Below, piece by piece: positions 1 to 8,791 of a stretch of 64,000 nt of DNA (the stretch's first letter is position 1; each line of letters begins with the position of its first letter). The translations under genes and the position numbers were made by a program. This DNA comes from a virus: the IMG/VR virus record IMGVR_UViG_3300045988_160639; one strand, written 5' to 3'. The notes below the pieces were generated by a model. That model was not told the origin of the DNA. It did no database searches and worked only from the letters and a program-made list of their open reading frames with translations.

Positions 1-560
1 TTGATTTGAGATACTTCTGATATATTAAATATAGGTTTGATCTTTGATACTTTTGATTGATTTTTATAGTATTCGGAGAAAATTTAGAATTTATCGGTGT
101 TTGAGCGATTTAGATTTTGTGTTAATTTTTGAAGTGTTTGACATGTGATTTGAAGTGAATAGGTTGTATTTTGGGTTTAGAGTTGAGTGCAAATGAAGTA
201 TTGTGTATTATTCTTGAGATACTTGTATTAGGCTCTGTGATTAGATTTGAGAGGCATTTGTGTGGGTAGGATAATTTGTTGTTTGAAATGGTAAAGTGAG
301 TGTAGAGTGTTCTGTGGTTTGTCTGAGAGTGCAGTGTGAGTATGGATTTTGAGTTCTTGAGATAGATATGTTTTGAGGTTGTTATTGTTGGTCTGTAAGT
401 GAGATAAATAGGGGAGTCAGCCGAAGAATAGTATCGAATGATTTTTGAGATATTTTTGGAATATTTTTTTGGATTATGAGAATGGATCATGAGAAAAAGA
501 AATTATGGATGAGTGTCAATTTGGATTTTTAGACGTGTGAGTTGAGTGGAACTACTATAC
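1..560. other. C-depleted, G+T-rich non-coding tract; TTGAGATA recurs at 6, 214, 357 and 445
   Basis: Hand count gives about 26 C in the first 540 nt. The plus strand is saturated with stops, and the only ORF is a low-complexity minus-strand artefact. Confidence 0.6.
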
Positions 561-679
561 TCTTCTAAGCAAATATTAACAAACTTTTAAATGTAAACAC
601 ACCCCCCCTGTACTGCCGATTCTATGTTATTTTTGTCCCAAAAGCAACATAGACAGTAATATTTTAGAAATATTTCTAC

Positions 680-724
680 TAACATTTCTTAATGAATTTT
701 AAAGCTAATTTTATTAACATTTCT
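680..724 (+). repeat. Direct repeat pair TAACATTTCTT (680-690 and 714-724)
   Basis: Identical 11-mers with similar flanks in non-coding DNA. Confidence 0.5.
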
Positions 725-762
725 TGAATTTTTTATATAAATATTGTTGCCGGTAGCATTGA

Positions 763-812
763 AAATAATGACTAACGGTCACTTTTTCAAATAATGACTA
801 ATGGTTACTTTT
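763..812 (+). repeat. Two 24-nt iteron-like direct repeats AAATAATGACTAAYGGTYACTTTT (763-786 and 789-812)
   Basis: 22 of 24 positions identical; start-to-start spacing is 26 nt. Confidence 0.7.
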
Positions 813-935
813 AGTGGTTCGCTAACGTTGTTAATTTATTTAACACTGTTAAATAATTAAAACCAAATTAAAGCATAATAAAGAAAACAAGAGAAAATAA
901 GAGAAAACAAAAGCTTACAAGAGATATTTTAAAAA

Positions 936-973
936 ATACATCATAATACATCATAATATATCATAATACATAA
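936..973 (+). repeat. 10-nt tandem repeat ATACATCATA, about 3.5 copies
   Basis: Read directly from the sequence; lies in a G-poor non-coding tract. Confidence 0.7.
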
Positions 974-1548
974 GCCTATTTCTCTAATCGCCAATCCATA
1001 ACAGCATTAAACTATACCACATTACTATAAATTACACCACATAACCATATATAACCACACCTAAACAGTACATAAATAACCATCTTCAAATCTGCTCTGC
1101 TCTTCAGGTAAGCTCAACCTCTTCCGCTCAGGCACTTTCATATTTTGCAAAATAGCCAAATTTCACGTCCCAAAACTATGCAATGTCACAACATAAATAT
1201 ATCTAACAAATCACATAATTATTACTAAATTATAAACGTCAATTATTGATTATCAATAACAAAATATCAATTCGCAATAAAATTATATCAAATAACAATA
1301 AATCACGCACACGCCATTTTAACGCACCTGTTAGGGTAATTATACCACTATAAACAAAACGTCATACAGCGCATTGTAGCAGCATTTACGACGATTTTAT
1401 CCGCTTCCAGTCTGATTATACAATATGCACAATACACTGCCGTTATATTTATATATTATACCTATTGACATTTCAATATTGCACGTTCTAATTGCATTTG
1501 GCTATTAGCTCCGACGCTTATACAAATACTTTATTGCGTTAAAATATA

Positions 1549-1752
1549 TCAATTAAGTATATTATTATCAATACAGTATGTTATCATCGTTTCAATAGCT
1601 TCTTTTTTTGTAATATCATTTTGTTTACAGTAGTTAATAAATAATTCATATATTTCATTACTTATTGTAATGTTTAATTGTTTGTTTTTATTATAATAAT
1701 TTGTTAATGCTTTTTTCACACTTTCTTTCATATCTAAATCAGCCCCCCTCAA
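1549..1752 (-). CDS. Ribbon-helix-helix (CopG/Arc-like) DNA-binding protein; probable start at the internal MKESVKK (1731)
   Basis: Small protein with an LNITISNEIYELF...KKEAIETMI pattern. It is divergent from an operator-rich promoter region. Confidence 0.4.
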   Translation of the reverse strand: MRGADLDMKESVKKALTNYYNKNKQLNITISNEIYELFINYCKQNDITKKEAIETMITYCIDNNILN

Positions 1753-1762
1753 TTATAATATT

Positions 1763-1930
1763 TGTGCATTATTATATGCTATTTTTCAAAATTTGTGATT
1801 GTATTTCCTCAATTTGTGCAATATCACAACAAATATACACTATATACAGTATATTCAACTATTTATACGCTGTTTAATACTCATATTTCATTGTCATTTT
1901 GCACAAATTCCGTTATATTGCACAAATTGA
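1763..1930. promoter_or_regulatory. Operator array: five copies of AATTTGTGCAA-like sites, three direct and two inverted
   Basis: ATTTGTGCA near 1764, AATTTGTGA near 1790, AATTTGTGCAA near 1811, TTGCACAAATT near 1900 and near 1918. Confidence 0.5.
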
Positions 1931-1936
1931 CTCGCT

Positions 1937-1964
1937 TTACATATTGCTAGGTATATGTTATAAT
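1937..1964 (+). promoter_or_regulatory. Candidate early promoter TTACAT-N16-TATAAT
   Basis: Hexamers at 1937-1942 and 1959-1964, directly after the operator array. Confidence 0.4.
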
Positions 1965-2316
1965 ATAATCAAGATAAGGGAAGGGAAAACAAAAGAAAAC
2001 AAAATTCCCAACCTAAATAATATCATAAACCAACAAAAATGTCAAGCATATTTTTCAACTTGACAAAATCGAAAGGAAGTTATAAAATGACTACAATAAA
2101 AGCAACGTTCATTCAAGTGCTCTGTTTTAGGCTTTCCGAATTTTTCAGAAGGTCGCACAAAAAGCAGGTTACAAGAGCCTGCACAATGGAATCAATTTAA
2201 AAGTAACGGCTTCAACGGCTGAACCAATAAATCAGCCGTCAATATCACGACAAAAAGGTAAATCCCTTCAAGCCGTGCCAAAGATAAGCAAATAATAATT
2301 ATGGAGGTTAAAACAT

Positions 2317-2691
2317 ATGAAAAGTTATATGGAAATAATGCAGACTCTTAAAAGTCAAAAAGCCCATTCAGCTTGGGAAAAGGGAGTAATAAACACAGCT
2401 ATTGACCTTCTTGAAAACATTTCAGATTATGAAGTCAATGAAATTTCCAATTCTTCACTTCTTAAAAAGGCACTTTTGAACGGTGCTTCAAATTGGAGTG
2501 AATACAGTTGGGGAGGCTGTTATTTAATTTACAATAGCGATATTGCTGAAATGTTCTGTACACCTTCAGAGTTGAAGAAAACACATAACGGTGAACGCAA
2601 GCCAAATAAAAATGAAGAATGGCTTGACGTTCAGGCAAGAGCATTAAATCAAGCTGCAAAAATGATTATAACAATAGCTTTTGAAGGATAA
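2317..2691 (+). CDS. Hypothetical early protein
   Basis: SD GGAGG upstream of the ATG; followed by a hairpin at 2704-2741. Confidence 0.6.
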   Translation: MKSYMEIMQTLKSQKAHSAWEKGVINTAIDLLENISDYEVNEISNSSLLKKALLNGASNWSEYSWGGCYLIYNSDIAEMFCTPSELKKTHNGERKPNKNEEWLDVQARALNQAAKMIITIAFEG

Positions 2692-3011
2692 ACATTTTTC
2701 AAGCTGTCAAACACAAGTAAATAATAAAATCTGTTTGACAGTTTCATAAAGTGCTTTATCTGCACAAATTAAAAAAATTTTGGGAGGTTAAAACAATTTT
2801 GAATTTGGTGCGTATGCGGTAGCAGAACATTAAACACGTCAGGGCGTGTATAAAAAGGCATTTAGGCTCTGAGCGTTTACGGGGATTTTTCCCCGTAAGG
2901 TATGCACAATAAGCATAACAGCACGGTTAAACGGCTGTAAGCCGTTAGTCTCTCGCAATAGTGGGAGACAGCTAAATAAATAAAACGTGTATTTGATAGG
3001 AGGGTTTTAAA

Positions 3012-3305
3012 ATGGATATAACCGTAAAATATAACCGCAAAAATTTTTTCAACTTAGAAGATTATACAGAGGATATAAAGAAAAATGCAGATTTTAATGA
3101 TCTGAAAAAAGCGTTTTCAGCACTTAAAAAAGACCGTAATTTTGCAATTCAGATTGATAATTACTGCCTAATCTGGGATACAATAGCAGACTTTGAACAC
3201 GGTTCATTGACTTGCTATGAATACGAAGCTGCCAACAGTCGTAAAGAATATTTGTGGAGTTTTGAGAGCTGTAAAAAGCACTTTTATTCAATGTTTAAAG
3301 ATTAA
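3012..3305 (+). CDS. Hypothetical early protein
   Basis: SD AGGAGGG 8 nt upstream of the ATG. Confidence 0.55.
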   Translation: MDITVKYNRKNFFNLEDYTEDIKKNADFNDLKKAFSALKKDRNFAIQIDNYCLIWDTIADFEHGSLTCYEYEAANSRKEYLWSFESCKKHFYSMFKD

Positions 3306-3411
3306 TTGCAGAGCATTGCAGGCGGTGCAATTCCGCTTGTAATAATGCAGCTTAACGGAAACGTTAAAAGGTTGCAAGCCCTTAAAAATTGAATTGATGG
3401 AGGTTTTAAAT

Positions 3412-3693
3412 ATGGGAAATGTGGAAAAAGTAACATATAAAGAATTTTATTGCAGATTAATACCTGTGTTGATATGGGATGAACAATTACAAACAGCAAA
3501 ATCAAAAACCGCTGTTGATTTTTGCAGAATTAAGATAAATAATTCATTGGAGGAAAATAATATTGTAAATTTGCGCACAATGAACGGGAAATATTTTCCC
3601 CAAAAATTAACGGAGATTATGAAGAAAGTCTATTGTAACGAAGAGTGTTGGGAAACACTTGAAACTATTGCTAAAAAATATAATATTGATTAA
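3412..3693 (+). CDS. Hypothetical early protein
   Basis: SD GGAGG precedes the ATG at 3412, which is in frame with track ORF 3394. Confidence 0.55.
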   Translation: MGNVEKVTYKEFYCRLIPVLIWDEQLQTAKSKTAVDFCRIKINNSLEENNIVNLRTMNGKYFPQKLTEIMKKVYCNEECWETLETIAKKYNID

Positions 3694-3961
3694 TATTATA
3701 TTTTCAAATGTTTTTCAAGCTGCTGAAAGCTAAAGAGCGGATAATTTCAGCAGCTTCATAAAGCACTTGAACTATATAACAGCATATAGCAATGCAGAAA
3801 TTGAATTTATACCCAAACGCATTATATGGTAATTCAACCATATTAATATCAGCGTGAAGAATAACCGCTTCCGCTGGAATATCTCCCGATCATCTGCATG
3901 AGGGTATGAGGGAGAGCCAAACGCCACAAGCGGAATAATACATATTATGGAGGTTTAAGCT

Positions 3962-4459
3962 ATGGATAATAACATTTTATCGGTATTTAAAACAAACGTG
4001 CAAACACACGCTGAGGAAATCAGAACGGCGCAAAAAGCCTATATCACAGCAAAAGCAGCCGAGGAAGCTATAAAGGGAATTGCTGAGGATATACAGCGGA
4101 AAATTCTTGCTGAAAATGTTTACATTATATCACCTGAATTTCAGAACAAAAGGGGTATTGGTGAACGTGTCACAGAACCTAAACACACGTATTTAATGGA
4201 CGAAGAAATATTCATCAATGACTTTCTTGAAAAGTGCTATGCAGAATATCAGAAGGCAGGGATAGCAGACAGCCGAGGAAAAGAGTATGTTCCTGAAGCC
4301 GTTGCAAGAGACACAAGACTTGAAGCGGAAAAAGCATTGATACAGCTTGCTGTTAACATACTGCCTGACATTCCCGAAAAGGAAACGTTAAAGAAAGCAA
4401 CAACACATTGGAAATACAGAGACCAAATTCTTGATTTAATTTTGAGACTTGATGCTTGA
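3962..4459 (+). CDS. Hypothetical early protein
   Basis: SD GGAGG upstream of the ATG. Confidence 0.6.
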   Translation: MDNNILSVFKTNVQTHAEEIRTAQKAYITAKAAEEAIKGIAEDIQRKILAENVYIISPEFQNKRGIGERVTEPKHTYLMDEEIFINDFLEKCYAEYQKAGIADSRGKEYVPEAVARDTRLEAEKALIQLAVNILPDIPEKETLKKATTHWKYRDQILDLILRLDA

Positions 4460-4473
4460 GGAGGATTAAATAA

Positions 4474-4989
4474 ATGAATAAAACACAGATAAAAGAGCTT
4501 CAAAGAGCTATTGCACAAATGAATGCAACAGACAAAACAAAAAGCACATTTACTATTGAGGATAATTTTGTTTACTTTACACCAGAAGGTCATAGGGCAT
4601 ATAAAATAAATGTTAATGTTTTGTCGGAGACTGTAGAGGAAATTCCCAAAAGCAATTACAGCCGTTTAATTTCTGATGTATTCAATACAATAGCTACTTA
4701 CGGAATAAATCAGATAAATATAAATCAGTCTGATTTATTGCAGCTTGCAAGGCAGCACAAAAAGGAAAATTCAAAAACACCGTTTATATTTGAATATCAC
4801 GGTAAAAATTATGGCTTCCAGTCCAGATATATAATTGATGCTTTGAAAACTTTAGGCGCAAAAAGCAGGATATACATCAGCAATGAAAAATATTCAAAGC
4901 TATACATAGAATCAGAGATAGGAGCTATAATTATATTGCCTATGAGGTTAAACGCAAACAGCACTATAAAAGCCGATTATACGGAATAA
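4474..4989 (+). CDS. Truncated DnaN (beta sliding clamp)-like protein, 171 aa
   Basis: The C-terminus GFQSRYIIDALKTLGAKSRIYIS...GAIIILPMRL matches the C-terminal domain signature of bacterial beta clamps (F..Y..DALK.L ... LP.R). Confidence 0.5.
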   Translation: MNKTQIKELQRAIAQMNATDKTKSTFTIEDNFVYFTPEGHRAYKINVNVLSETVEEIPKSNYSRLISDVFNTIATYGINQININQSDLLQLARQHKKENSKTPFIFEYHGKNYGFQSRYIIDALKTLGAKSRIYISNEKYSKLYIESEIGAIIILPMRLNANSTIKADYTE

Positions 4990-5018
4990 AATAATTGTTT
5001 GATGAGGAGGATACAATA

Positions 5019-5174
5019 ATGAGCAAAGCGGAAAAAGCAATAGAAAAAGCCTATAAGGCTAAATGTAAACTCGCAACAGCATACAACGTTGAAATAACTT
5101 CTATAGTCTGGATGGGTGACAACAAGTTTATTATTGTTGATAATGGAAAAGAAATTGAAGTCAATGCGGAATAA
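5019..5174 (+). CDS. Small hypothetical protein (51 aa, below the track cutoff)
   Basis: SD GAGGAGG 8 nt upstream of the ATG. Confidence 0.45.
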   Translation: MSKAEKAIEKAYKAKCKLATAYNVEITSIVWMGDNKFIIVDNGKEIEVNAE

Positions 5175-5308
5175 AACAATACTTTGATGACTTTGATAAA
5201 AGGAGGAAAAATTCAATGTTCATAATAGTTTTAATGCTCTATCTTTTCGCAGGCGTATGTGAAGATATATGGCTTCAGATCAAAAAATAATACGGAGGAA
5301 AAAATAAA

Positions 5309-5491
5309 ATGAGAACAAAAGTAAGAACAACAAAACGGAATATAAATATTATAAACCTTGTAAGCACTGTAATATTATTGTATATCCTCGGAAGTTTTTT
5401 CGAGGTTAATATACATAATAAACTTGATGCTGATCCATTGGAAAATCCATATAACGCTTTTAGCCTGTTAAGTCAGGCTATGAGCGAATAA
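5309..5491 (+). CDS. Small protein with one predicted TM helix
   Basis: SD GGAGG; hydrophobic stretch LVSTVILLYILGSFF. Confidence 0.4.
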   Translation: MRTKVRTTKRNINIINLVSTVILLYILGSFFEVNIHNKLDADPLENPYNAFSLLSQAMSE

Positions 5492-5520
5492 ACAAGTTAA
5501 ACAAGTTGGAGGAAATTACT

Positions 5521-5799
5521 ATGAAAAATTACACTGTTGAAGTAAAGGTTAACAAGAATTTTTATAATGAACCGGATTATAACATTTGGGATTCTGATGC
5601 CTACCCTGAAGTGGATGCAGATACTGCGGAAGAAGCCATTTCAATGGCTATTGATAATTATCAGGATTCAATGATTTCTGATGACACTGTGGAAGATGTG
5701 GAAGATATTGACTGCGAGAATGATACAGTATATTATACTGAAAATGGGATTCCTTGTAGAGTGATGTTTAGAGCTATAGAAAGGGAAAAGGTGGTTTGA
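5521..5799 (+). CDS. Small acidic hypothetical protein
   Basis: SD GGAGG precedes the ATG at 5521. Confidence 0.5.
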   Translation: MKNYTVEVKVNKNFYNEPDYNIWDSDAYPEVDADTAEEAISMAIDNYQDSMISDDTVEDVEDIDCENDTVYYTENGIPCRVMFRAIEREKVV

Positions 5800-5800
5800 T

Positions 5801-5998
5801 ATGATTAACACATCGGAATTTTCAACTATTCTTACTGGATTATTCAGTGGGAATAGAGGAGAGGCACAACAAGCTGCGGAGATCATCCGATATGACAATA
5901 CATTTAGTCTAGAAGAATACGACAGAAGAAAACAGGATCGTTTAAATTATGAGGCGATGAAATTCAGCAAAAGCCTTGATTATCACTTTATAAAGTGA
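5801..5998 (+). CDS. Hypothetical protein
   Basis: The ATG overlaps the upstream stop (TGATATG). Confidence 0.4.
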   Translation: MINTSEFSTILTGLFSGNRGEAQQAAEIIRYDNTFSLEEYDRRKQDRLNYEAMKFSKSLDYHFIK

Positions 5999-6054
5999 TA
6001 TAATTAAATGTAGTAGTGTATGGATAAAATCACGATTTTGTAGGAGGAATAGCA

Positions 6055-6153
6055 ATGGAAATTCTTGAGGGCTTACAGCGTTTACAGGTAATAAAAGACT
6101 TTAAGCGGGATAAATTTGCAATAAACAATAACGCTAAAGACATCAATAAGTAA
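6055..6153 (+). CDS. 32-aa mini-ORF carrying a ParB/DUF262-type motif (ILEGLQRLQVIKDFKRDKFAI)
   Basis: Strong SD AGGAGG 7 nt upstream. The motif resembles DGxQR...F.....F of the DUF262 proteins in this window. Confidence 0.4.
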   Translation: MEILEGLQRLQVIKDFKRDKFAINNNAKDINK

Positions 6154-6181
6154 ACGAAAATACATTGTAGGAGGAAATATT

Positions 6182-6376
6182 GTGAATAAATCAGAAATGG
6201 AAAAGAAGCTTGTGGAATATTTAGACGAAAGATATTCTTTAACGCTTGATATCAATGAGTCTATGTCTGTAAGAAGTGCAAATATGATATTTTACAACGG
6301 AGCGTGTACTGCCATTGCTCAAATCGGCAGCTGGGAACGCAAAGAAAACGGAAAACACATTGTAAAACTGAATTGA
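6182..6376 (+). CDS. Hypothetical protein
   Basis: SD AGGAGG upstream of a GTG start. Confidence 0.45.
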   Translation: MNKSEMEKKLVEYLDERYSLTLDINESMSVRSANMIFYNGACTAIAQIGSWERKENGKHIVKLN

Positions 6377-6408
6377 GATAAAGATACATTTTATAGGAGG
6401 AATTTATT

Positions 6409-6603
6409 ATGACTATACAGGACTTTATGGAATTGCTTATTGACGGAGATTCACAACACTTCAATGTCTATGACAACGAAAAGGAGGAAATTATATTTGA
6501 CGGATCTGGAAGTGAAATACCCGATGAATTTCTGGATGAGGAAGTTTCTTCTATGGATAATGTTTATGGTGATAACGATATTATTACGTTAAACATCAAT
6601 TAA
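6409..6603 (+). CDS. Small acidic hypothetical protein
   Basis: SD AGGAGG upstream of the ATG. Confidence 0.5.
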   Translation: MTIQDFMELLIDGDSQHFNVYDNEKEEIIFDGSGSEIPDEFLDEEVSSMDNVYGDNDIITLNIN

Positions 6604-6771
6604 ACTTGGAGCGTTTGACATGGAGAAATTAATGTAAAGAGTATGAAATAAGCTATTCCGCAAGCGGAAGCACACAACTTCCGCATATGCTCCAAAGTCT
6701 GCATGATGACAGAGAAGCAACCAAACAATACATAAACACAAAACCGAAGGCACTAACAGGAGGAATTTATT

Positions 6772-6979
6772 ATGAAAACAAAACAGGAACTTTTACAGAT
6801 GCTTTTTTTCAAAGCTGGCTGAACTTCAAGACTTGAACAAAAAAGGGTTTACCACTAAAACGGTTTGGGAAACAGCAAATCTTACTGCTAAACTTCAGGC
6901 AGAAATTACTTTACTTTATGACATTCTCGGTGAGGACGTTCCCGAAGAATACTGGGAGCAGATAGAAGAAGTGATCTAA
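6772..6979 (+). pseudogene. Small ORF interrupted by a frameshift in a T7 homopolymer (6803-6809)
   Basis: SD AGGAGG and the ATG at 6772 open a frame that stops after 16 codons. The +1 frame continues with a plausible ORF to 6979. Confidence 0.4.
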
Positions 6980-7093
6980 AAAGTTGTCCGAGCAGCTATA
7001 AACAGTCCATTAAGCTCGGAGCGTTTGGCAGTCTGAGTAAGGCTGTCAAGGTTGGAAAAATCAAAGTAGGAAAGAATATGGAGGAAATAAATT

Positions 7094-7234
7094 ATGTACA
7101 GGGTACTATATAAAGGTTTTAATGGAAACTTTTCAATGTCAGACGAAATGTCATTAGAAAAAGCACAAGAGTACAAACAGAAACTCATTAACGCACATTA
7201 TCCAGTCGTTTATATAATTCAGATTGTAGAATAA
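7094..7234 (+). CDS. Small hypothetical protein (46 aa)
   Basis: SD GGAGGA upstream of the ATG. Confidence 0.4.
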   Translation: MYRVLYKGFNGNFSMSDEMSLEKAQEYKQKLINAHYPVVYIIQIVE

Positions 7235-7256
7235 TTTGAAAGTGAGGAAAATAATA

Positions 7257-7424
7257 ATGACTAACGAAGAATTTGTAAAGCTGTACAACATGAAATTACA
7301 GGAACTTAAAGAGGAATGCAAAGAGCAGGTAAAAGATGGAGAACTTACGGAAGAGGAAGCTGCATTTCGTTATGAAATGGTAAAGGATGAAATTTTATGG
7401 ACGATGCCTGACCCTGTAGAATGA
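7257..7424 (+). CDS. Small hypothetical protein
   Basis: SD GTGAGGA precedes the ATG at 7257. Confidence 0.45.
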   Translation: MTNEEFVKLYNMKLQELKEECKEQVKDGELTEEEAAFRYEMVKDEILWTMPDPVE

Positions 7425-7621
7425 AAACTTCGTTTTATCGGAAGAAAGGACGTGTAGGAATGGAAGGACTAGAGAAACTTACTGGTAAACAGATCATTGA
7501 TTATTTTACAAATAAAATAGCAGAAGAAAGAGGTATTCCAAAGCTGTTAGCACGGAAAATAGTTGTCATCGTTATGGCTAATGAAATTAATAAACGGCTC
7601 GGACTTTTTCACGGAATATAA
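7421..7621 (+). CDS. Hypothetical protein
   Basis: ATGA overlap with the upstream gene. Confidence 0.4.
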   Translation: MKTSFYRKKGRVGMEGLEKLTGKQIIDYFTNKIAEERGIPKLLARKIVVIVMANEINKRLGLFHGI

Positions 7622-7666
7622 AGGTGATGTGGAAATGAAATAGTTTAATGAAAGGCGTAAATAATT

Positions 7667-8164
7667 ATGGAAATAAAAGATTATATTAATTTAAAAAGTC
7701 GTTTGAATCATAATTTAACAAATGACGGAATTAACAATCGTGACTGGCACAAGAATGATGATGCTGTTTTATTTTTTGGACTTAAATGTTCAAAGTGCGG
7801 ACATACAGAAAAATTACAGTATCAAAACACTAAATCTAATGAAAATTTTGAAAAGGATTTTTCAGAACTTAAATATAAGGTTTCTTTATGGCTTTGTAGT
7901 GATGATGGAAAATTCCTTTGTCCTAAATGCTATAATGATTTTATGTTTAAAAAATCAGAAGAAAAAAGAAAACATTGTTGCTTATGGTGCGAATATAGTT
8001 GGATTGAAGAAGATATTTTAAAGTGTTATCTGCATCAAAAACAAGTTTCGTGTAGTGAATGCTGCGATGACTATATTAAAGCACATAGAGACAGAGATCC
8101 TGTAAAACAAGAAGAATTAAGAGAAAATTTTTATAAAGAATATTGTAATAAATCAGGTGAATGA
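7667..8164 (+). CDS. Cys-rich (multi CxxC) putative zinc-binding protein
   Basis: CSKCGH, CPKC, CLWC and CSECC motifs. Confidence 0.55.
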   Translation: MEIKDYINLKSRLNHNLTNDGINNRDWHKNDDAVLFFGLKCSKCGHTEKLQYQNTKSNENFEKDFSELKYKVSLWLCSDDGKFLCPKCYNDFMFKKSEEKRKHCCLWCEYSWIEEDILKCYLHQKQVSCSECCDDYIKAHRDRDPVKQEELRENFYKEYCNKSGE

Positions 8165-8224
8165 GGAACTATAATGGTAACTATCGTATTTATTAAATAT
8201 AGGGGATATTAAGGAGATGTTAAG

Positions 8225-8791
8225 ATGAACGAATATGAAACGTTACATATAGAATTTCATGCAGCTGGAGAATGTGATTCTTTAAATATCAATTTTAAAA
8301 ATTTAGGTTGGTTTTATGATACAAAAACTGGCATCGCAATATATAAGAAATATATTGAAGCTGATTTAAAGGTAGGTACAATATATGATTTTACATATGA
8401 AAACGAGGATGATTTAGTTATATACACTTATGTGGTTGTAAAGAAGGAAAATAATATCTATTATTTGGCTGAATATTATCATAATAAATTTTATAAACCA
8501 CAAGAAAATCATTTAGGAGAAAAGTGGATTAAGTGTGATGTAGAAAAGAAATTTGATATTAATTTAGAGAATTTTGTTGTAGAAGTTACAGAAAAAGCAC
8601 TTGATGGCGTGGAAATAACAGGTTATAATAAAGGAAAAATTGACGGAATAAAAGAACTTGTAAAAGAATTAAAACAACATTCTTGTTTTTATGATTTTAT
8701 AAATTATATAAGTTTTGAAGCTGTTGACATAGAAGCTATAGACGAAATAGCAGAAACGATGATAAAGAAAATTCGAGGTGAAAACAAATGA
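8225..8791 (+). CDS. Hypothetical protein, first gene of a three-gene operon
   Basis: Conserved RBS context AAGGAGATGTTAAG-ATG; ATGA overlap with the next gene. Confidence 0.6.
   Translation: MNEYETLHIEFHAAGECDSLNINFKNLGWFYDTKTGIAIYKKYIEADLKVGTIYDFTYENEDDLVIYTYVVVKKENNIYYLAEYYHNKFYKPQENHLGEKWIKCDVEKKFDINLENFVVEVTEKALDGVEITGYNKGKIDGIKELVKELKQHSCFYDFINYISFEAVDIEAIDEIAETMIKKIRGENK

Noticed and set aside
122-490. 122-aa minus-strand ORF in the track.
   Set aside because: The translation is low-complexity. It is open only because the minus strand is G-poor, so stop codons are scarce. It has no SD and no motif.
936-973. Possible CRISPR array (also considered for 54934-54987).
   Set aside because: The repeat units are 10 and 18 nt, directly tandem with no spacers. 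No cas genes are present.
7722-8021. Alternative-frame ORFs nested in same-strand genes (also 47325-47528, 50932-51165, 46367-46567, 29394-29630, 62625-62865).
   Set aside because: They have no SD and overlap longer ORFs that have motifs or coupled starts.
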